The position numbers were made by a program, and so were the translations under genes. From Mobula hypostoma (taxonomy: Eukaryota): a stretch of 64,000 nucleotides of DNA. This document shows positions 39,432-52,252 of the stretch, piece by piece. The DNA is taken from assembly GCF_963921235.1 (NCBI RefSeq), contig NC_086108.1, forward strand, positions 80,230,001 to 80,294,000. Reading direction: 5' to 3'. The number at the start of each line of letters is the position of its first letter. Position 1 is the stretch's first letter. A model generated the notes under the pieces. It did no database searches, was not told the origin of the DNA, and was given only the letters and a program-made list of their open reading frames with translations.

Positions 39432-40919
39432 ACTTGACCGGGACATACTATCTATTCCTAAATGGGTAGCATTGGAATTACAATCTGTTCAGGGTTATAC
39501 ACTTGGTTCTATTTTAGGTTCCTCTCTTCCTTTTGATTCGAAACGCCTTAAGCAGGTCTCTAACCCGATAGTTAAATATGCTTTGCGCATTTGGTTTCAA
39601 TTCAGAAAATTTTTTGATCTTAATCAATTCGGGTTAGCGATTCCTATTTTAGGCAACATATTTTTTCCTCCCTCTTTTACGGATCGCGCTTTTCAAACTT
39701 GGAAGACTAAGGGTATTTTACGGTTTTTGGATTTATTTTTAGATGGTTCCCTTATGTCTTTTGAACAATTATCTAATAAATATAACTTATCAAGAATACA
39801 TTTTTTTAGATATTTACAAGTTAGAAATTTCCTAAGTACTATACTTTCTTCCTTTCCAATGCTTCCTCCTATATATATTTTAGATTCGATAATTAACCTT
39901 AATCCATGTCAGAAAGGTGCATCGGCTATGATTTATAATATTATTATGAAACTTAGGAAAGCTCCATTTGATAAGATTAGGGTAGATTGGGAACAGGAAT
40001 TGGGGCTTACCATTTCTGTGGATGATTGGGGGCAGATTTTACAATTAGTTAATACTTCCTCTATTTGTGCTAAACATTCCCTAATTCAATTTAAAGTGGT
40101 TCATAGAGCACATATGTCCAAAGATAAGTTAGCGCGTTTTTACTCGCATATTAATCCTTTCTGTGATAGATGTTCGGGGCAGATAGCCTCTTTAACTCAT
40201 ATGTTTTGGTCTTGCCCTACTTTGGAAACTTTTTGGAGAGATATTTTCAATATTATTTCTAAGGTATTAAATATAGATATCTCTCCTCACCCTATTACTG
40301 CTATCTTTGGACTACCTAAAATTTCTAGTAATCTTTCCCCTTCAGCCCGTAGAATGATTGCATTTCTTACTTTAATGGCGAAAAGATGTATTTTACAACA
40401 TTGGAAAGAGCTTAATGCTCCAACTACCTTTTTTTGGTTTTCTCAGACGATTTTATGTTTGAATCTGGAGAAAATTAGAAGTAACCTTTATGATTCTTCA
40501 TTTAAATTTGAACAGATTTGGGGACCTTTTATTCGATATTTTCATTTAATGTAATATTTACCCTTCTTGTTTTTTTTTCACTGTTTTAATGGAGGTCGGG
40601 ATTGAGGACGTGATTTTAAGTTTAACTCTGTTTGGTTTCAAGTTAGCCCATTGCTTTGCTTTGCTTTTAGTTAGTTGCACGGTGGGTTTTTTTTTTGGGG
40701 TTTTTTTTTCTTTTTTTTCCATTGATATATATAAAATCTAGTATACTATTATGTTATCTTGGTTTCTTATGCTTAAATTACATTGTTTGTAGTATTTTCT
40801 TTTTGGTATTGTTATCTTTTGGAATTTTATTATACTTTAACATTGTATTAATGTTTATATGGCTTACCTTTTTTGTATACTTACTCAATAAAAAGATTTA
40901 AAAAGAAAAAAAGAAAGAA
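39432..40919 (+). mobile_element. L1-clade LINE, 5'-truncated, copy 2 (frame intact to stop at 40554)
   Basis: Close paralogue of 30602-32082. 15-bp TSD agaacttgcactctt (39417-39431, 40920-40934) and A-rich tail. Confidence 0.92.
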
Positions 40920-41115
40920 AGAACTTGCACTCTTGTTTCGAAATCTCTTCATGATTTTCTTCCTCTATATTACAGGTCTGTTTGGATATAAAATCAAAAC
41001 CCAGCAAACCAATACTAACATGATTCCAACCCAGGCATATGTACTTACTATTTTATCCAAACCAGGCATGACCTGACCCAATCATTGACATAAATGTAAC
41101 AACTTACACATACTA

Positions 41116-41430
41116 GCAACACACATCAAAGTTGCTGGTGAACGCAGCAGGCCAGGCAGCATCCGTAGGAAGAGGTGCAGTCGACATTTCAGGCCGAGAC
41201 CCTTCGTAAGGACTAACCCCTCCTGTCTTCTCCTATCATTTTGGATCTCCCCCTCCCCCTCCAACTTTCAAATCCCTTACTCACTCTTCCTTCAGTTAGT
41301 CCTGACGAAGGGTCTCGGCCTGAAACGTTGACGGTACCTCTTCCTACAGATGCTGCCTGGCCTGCTGCGTTCACCAGCAACTTTGATGTGTGTTGCTTGA
41401 ATTTCCAGCATCTGCAGAATTCCTGTTGTT
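41116..41430. mobile_element. Penelope pLTR fold-back element, young
   Basis: Perfect 15-bp TSD aacttacacatacta (41101-41115, 41431-41445). The direct arm is nearly identical to 29550-29760, with hammerhead core CTGACGA at 41302-41308. Confidence 0.9.
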
Positions 41431-41900
41431 AACTTACACATACTATTTACTTGCTGGCAACATTATGCAAGTCCTAACATGGATAAAGCATAACACAGAG
41501 TATCCTGACTGAAATCAAGCCATGTAGTCAGGTCAACTCAAAGTCATATCAGGCTTTGCCCTCTATCTCGGAGATCTATTGCAGGCCTATATCTATATTT
41601 GTAGCATTCTCTTGATTAGCCCAAAATGTAATAAATCCATCAGCCTTTAGCTGGATCCCTGAGCTCTAGAATTCCTTCCCTACACCTCTACTCTTTAACT
41701 TCATTTATTGTCTTCCTTAAACCCTATTCTTCTTAAAGAGGATTTTGATGCCTACCCTAACACCTTGTTAGGCAATTCATTGTCAATTGTTATTTGCTAA
41801 CATTCTTGTGAAACACCTTAGGACATTTTACTATATTCAGAAACAATAATGAAGTTATTGTTATTATTGCCAGGAAAACTGAAGACACGGGTTTGTTAAA

Positions 41901-42273
41901 TGTATAAAATCCTAAAGGGATTGGACAGGCTAGATGCAGGAAGATTGTTCCCGATGTTGGGGAAGTCCAGAACGAGGGGTCACAGTTTGAGGATAAAGGG
42001 GAAGCCTTTTAGGACCGAGATTAGGAAAAACTTCTTCACACAGAGAGTGGTGAGTCTGTGGAATTCTCTGCCACAGGAAACAGTTGAGGCCAGTTCATTG
42101 GCTATATTTAAGAGGGAGTTAGATATGGCCCTTGTGGCTACGGGGGTCGGGGGGTATGGAGGGAAGGCTGGGGTGGGGTTCTGAGTTGGATGATCAGCCA
42201 TGATCATAATAAATGGCGGTGCAGGCTCGAAGGGCCGAATGGCCTACTCCTGCACCTATTTTCTATGTTTCTA
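41901..42273 (+). mobile_element. Young CR1 3' fragment (same subfamily as 28083-28445)
   Basis: YKILKGLDRLDAGRLFPM..RGHSLRI..FFTQRVV, flanked by tgttaaa repeats. Confidence 0.9.
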
Positions 42274-42449
42274 TGTTAAAGTATCAAATTATTATACAGA
42301 CCTTCCAATAATTTTTATTTCAGTCACAAAAGTGTTACTTTCCTGAAAGGGTTAAAACCTCAATCTACGTGCTCTGATATGACAAAAGAAAGAGATACAG
42401 TTGATTTTGTATGCAGTTCAATCACTTCAAATTGGCTAATTTAGTAAAA

Positions 42450-42900
42450 TGTGGAGCTCATGGGGTGAGCTGAACGCCGCCCGAAATCCCAGATTTGCAG
42501 CTTGATTTCCCATAATGGCCTAAAGCACTTGTAAATCAGATTCAATTCCCCAGAACAAGCATTGCAATCTCATTGGCTGGGACCATAAACACAGCTGAAT
42601 GGACCACCCAAGCGGTAGGCTGTGACAGCTGCCTCTCCCCTGGGGTCCCTGTTGCTAATACACAATTTGCTCAGTATGTGCCTCTGTTATTATCCTGGTT
42701 TATGTGATACTCATACACATAAACTTTGGACTGAGTTGAACAGAAATCAAAGCGTGATTGCAGGGAGAAAAGGCACAGGCAGGCTTTGGTGTTGATGTCA
42801 GAGCCATCAATAGCCATTTTCTTTTTGCCTGCGCAAACATCTGTGTCTTCTATTTATGTTTTTAGCTCAAGAACAGAAAGATTGATTAATTAATTCAGTC
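42450..42900. promoter_or_regulatory. Candidate developmental enhancer with a perfect GLI site
   Basis: GACCACCCA at 42602-42610, TGACAG/CAGCTG at 42623-42631, TCCCCTGGGG at 42636-42645, CCATAAA at 42583-42589 and TGATTAAT at 42883-42890, all in non-repeat DNA. Confidence 0.4.
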
Positions 42901-44447
42901 AGTATTTCAATAGGATGTGAATGTGTGAGTTATGCAGTTCCATAAAACACATACTGTATATAGAGAGAAATGTTAGATTGCTGTTAAAGTTTGTGTATCA
43001 GAATAACATAAATTAATATTTAGTTATTCAAACCACTATCTACGTACTAATGGAAAAAGTGGGGCAGGTGATGTAGTTTCTTGTCAACTTTTGTTTGAGA
43101 AGTTCTCTCACTTTGACTGGACTAAGAACAAATGGAGCTGCCTTTCTCTTAAGCTTCTGTCTTTTGTGGAAAGCGCCTGAACTTAATGTAGCAATATTGC
43201 TATTGATCTGACTGAAATTTTTGAATGCTTAATATATGACTTGGGCCAACAACATGAACTTGTGGTTTTAATCAGCTTGGAAGATTAGTTTGTTATGTTT
43301 ATCTATGTTAAAATTATAAATACCTGCATATCGAAGAAACACTTTCCTATATTTGAAGTCACTAAGACTCTGTGACCAAAATCATTGATATATCTTTTTT
43401 GAAAATACAGAAAGAGAAAGAAGATTAAAAGGAACCAGGGATGAAGAATATAAAATAAAAGATGAAACAAGTCCAAGGGTGAATTTTTATAATGTCAGTT
43501 AAAGCATTTTATTCTCAAAGTGTGTAATAGTTGTTACAAATTATACTTAAGGATTATTTTAATGGCATATTTGCAGATTTTTAAATATTTTGGTTAGGTA
43601 TGTTCCAAGTAAAAATGACCCAAGTTGTAATCCCATTTAATAATTTATATTATCTAGTGAGGACTTTTGTACTTCCATCATTTCATGGTAACTAATATAA
43701 ATGCTCAAAAAAAAACCTTCTGAAGGTTGTCGACGTGTTTGAAAACTAGGATGCTTTGAAAATAATGACACCCAGTGGCGAAAAACAATTTACCTCTGAA
43801 AATTCCATTGGTGTCAATTGGAAGGATAGCCTCTTCACCATTTTTAGTTCATTGAACAGGGTCTGACAGATCATGTTCAATCAGAACTCACTGCAGGCAA
43901 ACAATTGATGTGTAGCTAGTTGATATTTGCTGGAATCTGGACCAGGCTACTCTTAACTTGTTCTGTCACCCAATCCTCTGGTAGAATTCAACGTCTCAGA
44001 TAGCTGAAGAAGTGCAGTCAAAACTTTGGCATATGCTTATTGCTCATCCTGGTTTAACTGTACCTTATACCTTCTCTGGACTCTTGTTCATCTTATATGG
44101 AAATCTTCTCTTTTATGGAGTCAAAAAAAAATCACAAAAATATACGATATCAGCTGAAGGGTGTGATCACTTTCCCTGGTAACTTGCATTATAAGTGACA
44201 CCAACTGATTAATACTTTAAAAGGTTGATTAAGATCTGAGTAAATCCATAATCTGAAGCTCATTTTATTTTACAAAGTCAGTATGAATAAGTGAAATCCT
44301 GGATCTTCCTCAGATATTCATCCTGTGGCTATTTTAGCATCTCACTCAAATGCTGGTTAGCATACTGTGCAGCCCTCTTCATTCCAATAATTGATTTAGC
44401 AATCATATTTAAGATCTATTTATTCAAAACATAGGTATTTTTAGCAA

Positions 44448-44555
44448 CACACACAAAATACTGGAGGAACTCAACAGGGCTTTGACGTTTCTGGCCAAAA
44501 CCCTTTGGCAGGACTGAAGCTTGGATTTCCAGCATCTGCAGACTTTCTCTTGTTA
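44448..44555. mobile_element. Penelope pLTR micro-element
   Basis: TSD gtatttttagcaa / gtatttttggcaa (44435-44447, 44556-44568). Confidence 0.7.
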
Positions 44556-44579
44556 GTATTTTTGGCAAGACCAACAATT

Positions 44580-45138
44580 GTGTGCAGTTCTGGTCAATTG
44601 TGTGCAGTTCTTCTCACCTAACTATAGGAAGGATATCAGTGAGATTGAAAGAGTACTGAGAAGATTTACTAGGATGTTGCTGGATCTTCAGGTGTTGAGT
44701 TATAGGGAAAGATTGAACAGGTTAGGACTTTATTCCTTGGAGCGTAGAAGAATGAGGGAGGATTTGATAGAGGTTTACAAAATTATGAGGGGTATAGACA
44801 GGAAATGCGAGTAGGCTCTTTCCACTTAGATTAGGAGAGATAAATACGAGAGGACATGGCTTTAGGGTGAAAGGGGAAAGGTTTGGGGGTACATTAGTAG
44901 GCACTTCTTCACTCAGATAGTGGTGGGAGTGTGGAACGAGCTGCCATCTGATGTGGTAAGTGCAGGCTCACTCTTAAGTTTTAAGAATAAATTGGATAGA
45001 TACATGGATGGGAGAGGTCTGGAGGGTTATGGACTGGGTGCAAGTCAATGGGACTAGCGGAATAAAGTTTCGGCACAGACTAGAAGGGCTGAATGGTCTG
45101 TTTTCTGTGCTGTAGTGTTCTATGGTTCTATGGTTCTA
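44580..45138 (+). mobile_element. CR1 3' fragment (second subfamily)
   Basis: CVQFFSPNYRKDISEIERVLRRFTRML..LYSLERRRMREDLIEVYKIM, with tail ttctatggttctatggttcta. Confidence 0.9.
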
Positions 45139-48100
45139 ATTAATTCTCATCTCCAATTGCTCCTGAGAAGATGATAGTAAGCTATTTTCTTAAAGAGCTA
45201 CATTCCTTTTGGTGAAATTGCTGCCAGAGTACTGTGCAGGTGAAGTTCCAGGATTTAGATCTAGTGACAATAAAGAAACAGCAATATACTTCCAGGGCAG
45301 GACAGTGTATAAGTTGAATGGTCATGTGATGTTCTCACTGACCTAAAATCCTTGTTCTTCTAGGTAGTAAAGATCATGTCTTTGCAAATAACTGTGCAGA
45401 ATTCTGAAGTGGTGAGACTGTAAAGTGGGATTGAATATTTTAGATGATGGATGGAATGTCATTCACACAGACTGCTTTTTCTTGTTGGTGTCAGTCTTTA
45501 TGAGTATTGTTGGAGTTACCCTCATTCAGTCAATTGGAGCATCCCATCTCACTTCTGAGGTGTACCTTATTGGGAGTGGAAAGGCTTTGATGTGTGGAGG
45601 TGATTAACCTTCAGTGGAATATCTAACTTCAGATCTGCTTCCCTAGCCAAAGAATTTGTGTAGATATTATTGATGCAAAGTGAGAAACCCATGCAAAAGT
45701 TTGGAATTATTGGCACTCATGACTTAAACATGATAGTTAGAAGTGTTCTTAAAATAACAAGTGGCTAAGATGTTTTACAGACCTTCGAGAATCACTTTCA
45801 AATTGTTTATCTTTTGGAGATTTTTAAGTTGTGGATCTGGCACACAAAGTTATGCCAGAAGAATTGTGTTCGCATGTTGCAGTGCTGCTTTCTTCTGGTA
45901 AGAAACTCATCACTTCTGTGGTATCATGGTCTAATTATAATCTTGCTCCCCTCCCATCTCATCCCCCCATCCCACCTAGGCATGAATATCCCTCAGGAGA
46001 TCAGATGCAGATTTCCCTCTCTATACTCTATCTCCACCTAGATATTGCTTTTATTTTATCATTTCCATGTTCAAGGATTCCAAGGATTACCTCCTTTCTA
46101 CAGGATGGGGAGTACAATAGAATGTTCAGTGACCAGACAATTTTAATTTAAAGTAACTGCTGTTTCTGCTCTGGTGCCAGCAACAGACTGTTGCTTAAAT
46201 TATGTTAATTCAGTGTTCATTAAATAAACCAAAATAACCCAATTTGTTCACTTCTTAATTCAAAGTAAATTTATTATCGAAGTAGAAATGTCCCCATATA
46301 CAACCCTGAGATTCATTTTCTTGCAGACATTCACAGTAGAACAAAGAAATACAATATAATGAATGAAAACTACACACAAAGACTGACAAATATTCAACGT
46401 GCAAAAGAAGACAAACTATGCAAATAAAATATAATAATTAATAATGTTAAATAATACTGAGAACATGATTGTGGAGTCCTTGAGAGTGAATCCTTGAAAG
46501 TGAGTCCATAGATTGTGGTGAGGTTGCAGTTCAGTGTTGAGGTGAGTGAAGTTATCTATGCTTATTCTGAATTTGACTCATTCAGTCAAACAATATCTAA
46601 AATGGCTCAGAGGATACTTTGAGGATCAGGAAAGCTATTTGTCAATTCAATTAAAAATGCTGCTTGTTTTCAATCAACCGTCAGTACTCAGAGGAACAAC
46701 TTCTGTGAGGGGTAGTGTTGAAAATCCTTGATGAATTGGACTTCACATGAAAATCAGGCAGCAGTGGCTTGTCAACCTTTATCTGGGGATGTTAAAAATG
46801 AAATAGTGTTGCAGGGAACCGCATTGCAGATCACTCGGTTACAGTTTAAACAGCTATCACTGTTGCAAGGCGAACTAGAAAATTTTGAGTAGGGAGTGTA
46901 AAAGAAGAATGTTTACAAAACCAACCCAAACTTTCCCAGCCAGGCAATAATGCACCTTTAGTCCACCTGGTAATGAAATACACCTACTCACAATCCCACA
47001 TTTAGTGGAACAACAAATAAAAGCCAATATAAAGTTCTGTGATTACACAGTGCCAATAGCAATTTTGACAGGCATCCCCCAAAGGACCCCTTCTGTTGAA
47101 GGTTACTGCCTGGAGGAACAGCAAGCACTGGACGAATCAATTTCCTGCTTGCAAACTTGAGGTCCCATTGGTGGTTCTCAGAGCTAGGCTCCAAAGTCCT
47201 TTCAGTTCTTCGTACAACAGCACATAAATCTTTCTTTTCCCTCAGGGAGTATATAAGCGCTAAGGAATGAAATCCAATGAACTTTGATGCAGTTCTAGGT
47301 CACCCGGATAATGGCTATTATCAGGGACTGCTCGATAACTCTGCTGGGTGGCACTGACTTGAGAATAGAAATGTTGCTAAGAGTACTCAGAAATCCCAAC
47401 ACAGGATCAACTTTCTTTATGAAGGCTAGTTAGTTACAATTTTTCCAAATCTAGCAATTTCTGATCTTTCCAATAGATAGTACTTTTTTAGCAAATGGAC
47501 ATTGAGGCAATATTAGCAGGAGGATATCACCTTGCAATAAGTCCTCCAACCTTTTATTGCCATGATTAATCTGTACAATAGCTAATTGTGAGATTATTTG
47601 CTGAGCAGTTATTAATATGAAATTAAGATTTTTAAATTTTACAAAATAAATGAATGATTTGTTTTTGATTGCAATTTGCATTTTTGTTGATTACCTAGTT
47701 GCTAAAATTAACTAGCATCGAACTGAGCCACATAGAACTGTTAATCACAATTTGAGTCTCTAATCAGTGCTGAGTAAACTGGCAGCTGAAATACTATCTC
47801 TGGTCATAGCACAATGGTCAATCAGGAGAAGCAAATCAGCTCTTGTCGTTACTCCTGCTTGTTTACCAGCCGCCACTGTTTTAAAAGTGCATATATTAAC
47901 ATAGCATAAACTGAGGATTGTGCTCATTTGTGATGCCTGTGTGAATAACTATCATCCTTAGTGAAGTTGTAGAGAATGACTGTCTCCTGCCCATTTCCAA
48001 TGCCATGTTTGAACTATGCTGAAATAAACTTATATTTAAAATCTGAGGACTGTTATTAGCTGCAAATGAGGAATGCTGTGAATCAGATGAATTAACAACA

Positions 48101-48839
48101 GACTTGTTTATAGTGCAAAAGGGACGTTAAACAAAAAGAGCAGGTGTACCTAAGCCTTTGGATTTACTTTCCAGCTCATAGTTTCTGTGTCTGTACAAAA
48201 TGTACTGGGTACAAGAATAATACTTCATTGCCTCAATTGCTGTTTGATTTGCAAACATTTGCTCACATATTCATATATTGTATTTATATACAGTTTCTTT
48301 TGTTTCCCTCTGCACCAAGTGGTGCATTAGGCAGCAACCTTGCTATTTCATTAGTGTTTGTCAGTTTTTTACAAGGCCGAGTTGCTAGCTTAATGCTCAA
48401 CCCAGCATGGATGGAAAGTGTGCAAGGAGCTGGCTGGATTTGAACCTGGAACCACTCACCTACATATATCTCCAAGACACCTATTGACCAATGCAATACT
48501 GTTCAACCTTCATCGCCTCTGCTTGGAAGCAAAAACTATCAGGCAATGCACAGTTAGAGGCCAGGCTTTAACCCTAATTAACTTATTCACTGAGCTGTCA
48601 CAAAGTACTGGTCTTATACTAAATACCTGCAAGACAAAAGGTTCCCTATCAATCATCCCACCACTGTAGAATATCAACCCTGACAATAAAAATCCATCCT
48701 GAAACCCTGGAAAATATTTATAATTTTCTATAACACAGAGCCACCCCTCAGCAAAAACTAATACTAATAACAAAATTCACCATCACCTTCAATGTGCAAT
48801 CAAAGATTTTGCCCAATTGAGAAAAGGTTAATCTGACAC

Positions 48840-49270
48840 TTTAATGTTCTACCAAGCACCAGTAATCCCTGTCTTCCTGGTTGTTTCAGAAACATTGAAT
48901 ACCTTGAGCTGGCTCCTCAAAGCACTAGGGAGATACCACCAATAATGCATTCACCAGTTATTGGTGGTATTCTCCAAATCCTCAGGCAATTTAAGAAACA
49001 TCAACACCCTCTCCAAGACCAACATTCCCAGCACCAAGACTAATTCCATCCTACCAGGCCACACTGTCCATATGCCTGACTTCAGACTCTTGAAGCAGGC
49101 ACTCTGAGCTCCATCACTGTAAGAAATTACTGAAAGGACAGGGAAAATGCTTAATGGCGTTCTCAATGGCTCCTTCAGGGAATTAACATCTCAACAACAT
49201 GTGAATCCCTGACTGTGACTAGTCTAATTGAAGAAGTGTTTGAGAATAACTGAATATCCTGAGCAGTTTT
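48840..49270 (+). mobile_element. Old RTE-clade LINE remnant
   Basis: Degenerate GHTVHMPDFRLLKQAL..GQGKCL motif typical of RTE C-termini. Confidence 0.5.
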
Positions 49271-49529
49271 AACGAGAGGGCAAGGAGGCCAATCAAGGGG
49301 AAAATCCTTTGCAGGATGAAATCATATCTAGCACAATGAAAGATGGCTGTGGTCGCGGAAGGGCAATCATCTGAGCTACAGGAGTTCCTTTATTGTTCTA
49401 AGCCCAACCACCTAAAGCTGCTTCAACAAGACCTTTCTTCAATTTTAACACCCGAACAGGGATGTTCACTAATAATTGCACAATGTTCAGCACCATTTGT
49501 GATTCTTCAGATATCCATGCATGTGCTCA

Positions 49530-50435
49530 GCAGAATCAGGTTTCATATCACTGGCATACACCGTGAAATTTGTTGTTATTCAGCAGCAATACATTAAGTA
49601 CATTGCAATACATCTAAAAAACTGTACATTACAGTAAGTATATAAATATATATTTTAAAAGTTAAATATATATATTTAAAAAGTTAAATTAAATAAGTAG
49701 TGTAAAAAGAGAAAAAGCAGTGGGGTAGTGTTCATGAGTCACTGTCCATTCAGAAATCTGATGGCAGAGGGGAAAAAGCTATTCTTGAATTGTTGAGTGT
49801 GTGCCTTCAGACTTCAGTACCTCCTTCCTGATGGTACTAATGAGAAGAGGGCATGTGCTGGGTGATAGGGATCCTTAATGATGGATGCCACATTTTTTGA
49901 GGCATTGCTTCTTGAAGATGTCCTGGATGCTGAGGAGGCCAGTGCCCATAATGGAGCTGACTGAGTTTGCAACTTTCTGCAACTTGTTTTGATCCTGTGC
50001 ATTTCCTCCCCCAATACCAGATGGTGATGCAACCAGTTAGAATGCTCTCCATGGTACATCTGTAGACATTTGCAAGTGTCTTCGGTGATATACCAAATCT
50101 CCTAAAAATTCCTAATGAAATACAGCTGCTGTCATGCCTACTTTGAAACGTATCAATATGTTGGGCTCAGGATAGATCCTCAGACAGGGACTTGAAATTG
50201 CTCACCCTTTCCACTGATGATCCTTTGATGAGGACTTCTGTGGGTTTCTGGAATCCACAATAAATTCTTTGGTCTTACAGACACTGAGTGCAAGGTTGTT
50301 GCTGCGACACCACTCAACCAGCTGATCTGTCTTGATTCTGTACACCGTCTTGTCACCATCTGAAATTCAGCCAACAATAGTTGTTTCATCAGCAAACTTA
50401 TAGATGGCATTTGAGCAGTGCCTAGCCACACAGGC
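49530..50435 (-). mobile_element. Rex-Babar type B fragment
   Basis: MESILTGCITIWY..ASIIKDPYHPAHALFSLVPSGRRY. Confidence 0.8.
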
Positions 50436-50777
50436 ACCTTGCTTAAAGTAAACACGTTAGACCCATATTTTTAGACTCCTGTGTCTTCCTTTGAATTAGT
50501 TTAATGTTTTGAAGTTACAAAACACCTACAGCTCACTGCTGCCTCAAGAAGAATTAGAGACGGACGATTTCACCTGTAAAGCCCACAGCCCTTAAACAAT
50601 AAAAGCAGAAATATAATTCTGCTTTTGGTGGAGGCAGATACAATAGGGTCTTTTAAGAGATTCCTGGATGGCTATGTGGAGCTTAGAAAAATAGAGGGCT
50701 ATGGGTAACCTTAGGTAATTTCTAAGTGAGCACATGTTCGGCACAGCATTGTGGGCTGAAGGGCCTGTATTGTGCTG

Positions 50778-50872
50778 ACACAAGGAAATCTGCAGATGCT
50801 GGAAATTCAAGCAACACACACAAAAAATGCTGGTGGAATGCAGCAGGCCAGGCAGCATTTTTTGTGTGTGTT
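50778..50872. mobile_element. 95-bp Penelope pLTR fold-back insertion in a CR1 3' tail (CR1 about 50620-50905)
   Basis: Perfect 15-bp TSD gcctgtattgtgctg (50763-50777, 50873-50887). Arms gcaacacacacaaaaaatgctg / cagcattttttgtgtgtgttgc. Confidence 0.85.
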
Positions 50873-51289
50873 GCCTGTATTGTGCTGTAGGTTTTCTATG
50901 TTTCTGTAGTGAGCATGGAACCTTGAAGTGCAATTATCCAACCTGTGGCGCACCTTCTGACCATCTATGGCAGTCTGTTGATCCGCACACGACTCATCAG
51001 CCATCTCACAACCCACCAAACCTGAGTGAAAAAAAAATATCCTTGACCCCCAAAGGACTGGCTTAGAAGAATCCATATAAAACGCACAGGGAAAAAAAAA
51101 TTATAATTTTTTAACTTTGTATCTCTACCCTAGTTTATGAACTCTCAGATTTTCTCAATCATGTCACCACCTAATAAAAGATTTTAAGTTCAGAGAAATA
51201 GGACTTCAGAACCTACAAGTGCTATCATTCCAAGAAGTTTAAAGCCAGTTGAAGATTTGCGAGTTTAAGCCTGATCGTCCTCAGTTAAA

Positions 51290-51600
51290 TTCACCTCAGC
51301 TTCGGGGCAGCAAGCGTTAAGACTCGCTCTGGCTGCAAGAACCGGCTGGCCCGGCCCGTGTCGCTGGGTGGTCTGATTCTGTTAATTACATACTGGGGGT
51401 TTTGTTTGAATTCATGGGGAGGGGGAAGGCCGGCCGGAAACGGAAATACATGTAGTTGGCAGTGACCCACAGCATGTTGAACTACTGGCAGACTGGGTGC
51501 TCTAACCGAGGCAGGAAATTATGACCGATATGAGAGCGTAAAAGAAAGTCGATTTTCGTTTTCTTGAGTCTGATTGAGTTTTGGTCGTGCAGTAAGAGAA
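51290..51600. promoter_or_regulatory. CpG-rich promoter-like region
   Basis: CpG cluster with TGGGTGGTC (GLI) at 51365-51373 and tandem ETS ccggaaacggaaat at 51434-51447, next to tgtagt (reverse ACTACA). Possible plus-strand donor gtaaga near 51592. Confidence 0.55.
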
Positions 51601-52154
51601 TGGTTAATGTAGCAACTTTAAAAATGGTTGATTCTTTCTGTTACTGCTTTCAAAGTATTTGCATTCAGTACTCATAATTTTTTCTTTGTTTTATCTTGGA
51701 ACTTTTCAATCACTGTTGCCCCCGAGACTGATAACATCTTAATCCCGTGACTACAAAGTGGTTTATGCAACCTTTGGGTGATCCATTTAAAGCGCTTTAT
51801 GGTAGTGAGATATTTTTAGAGGATTTCTCCATTAGTAACTCAGCCGGACTTGGAATTGGTTATACTTTTGGGCTCTGTCTCAATATTTATTTTGACCCCC
51901 TATCCCTCTTTCATTTTACGCACAAGAGTTATATGGCATTGGATAAGCGTTGGTCAGAAATTTTACTCGATTTGCTGCTGTGTAGATGTATGTAAACAGC
52001 AGTTACTCGATTTAGCATGAAGATTCTCTCTTGTGACCTAAACTTCAGAAAATATAGTTCAGGTTGCAAAGCAGTGTTTTATTGATAGCATCAAACCAGT
52101 TGTGATTTTTTTTAGAATATAAACAGAGTTGCTTGTTTAAGATTCTAAACCCAA

Positions 52155-52252
52155 ACTGATGAAGTGTCTCGGTCCGAAACGTCGACTGTACTGTACTCTT
52201 TCCCATAGATGTTTGTCCTGCTGAGTTCCTCCAGCATTCTGTGTGTGTTGCT
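52155..52252 (+). mobile_element. Penelope pLTR fragment starting at the hammerhead core
   Basis: ctgatga agtgtctcggtcc gaaacgtc gactg.. gtgtgttgc. Confidence 0.75.

Noticed and set aside
39409..40554. 381-aa ORF as a host gene
   Set aside because: It is an L1-clade ORF2 C-terminus with TSD, A-tail and a paralogue at 30602. The called start codon lies in flanking DNA.
47345..47353. Third GLI-like site TGGGTGGCA
   Set aside because: Non-consensus 9-mer. Such variants are expected by chance several times in 64 kb.
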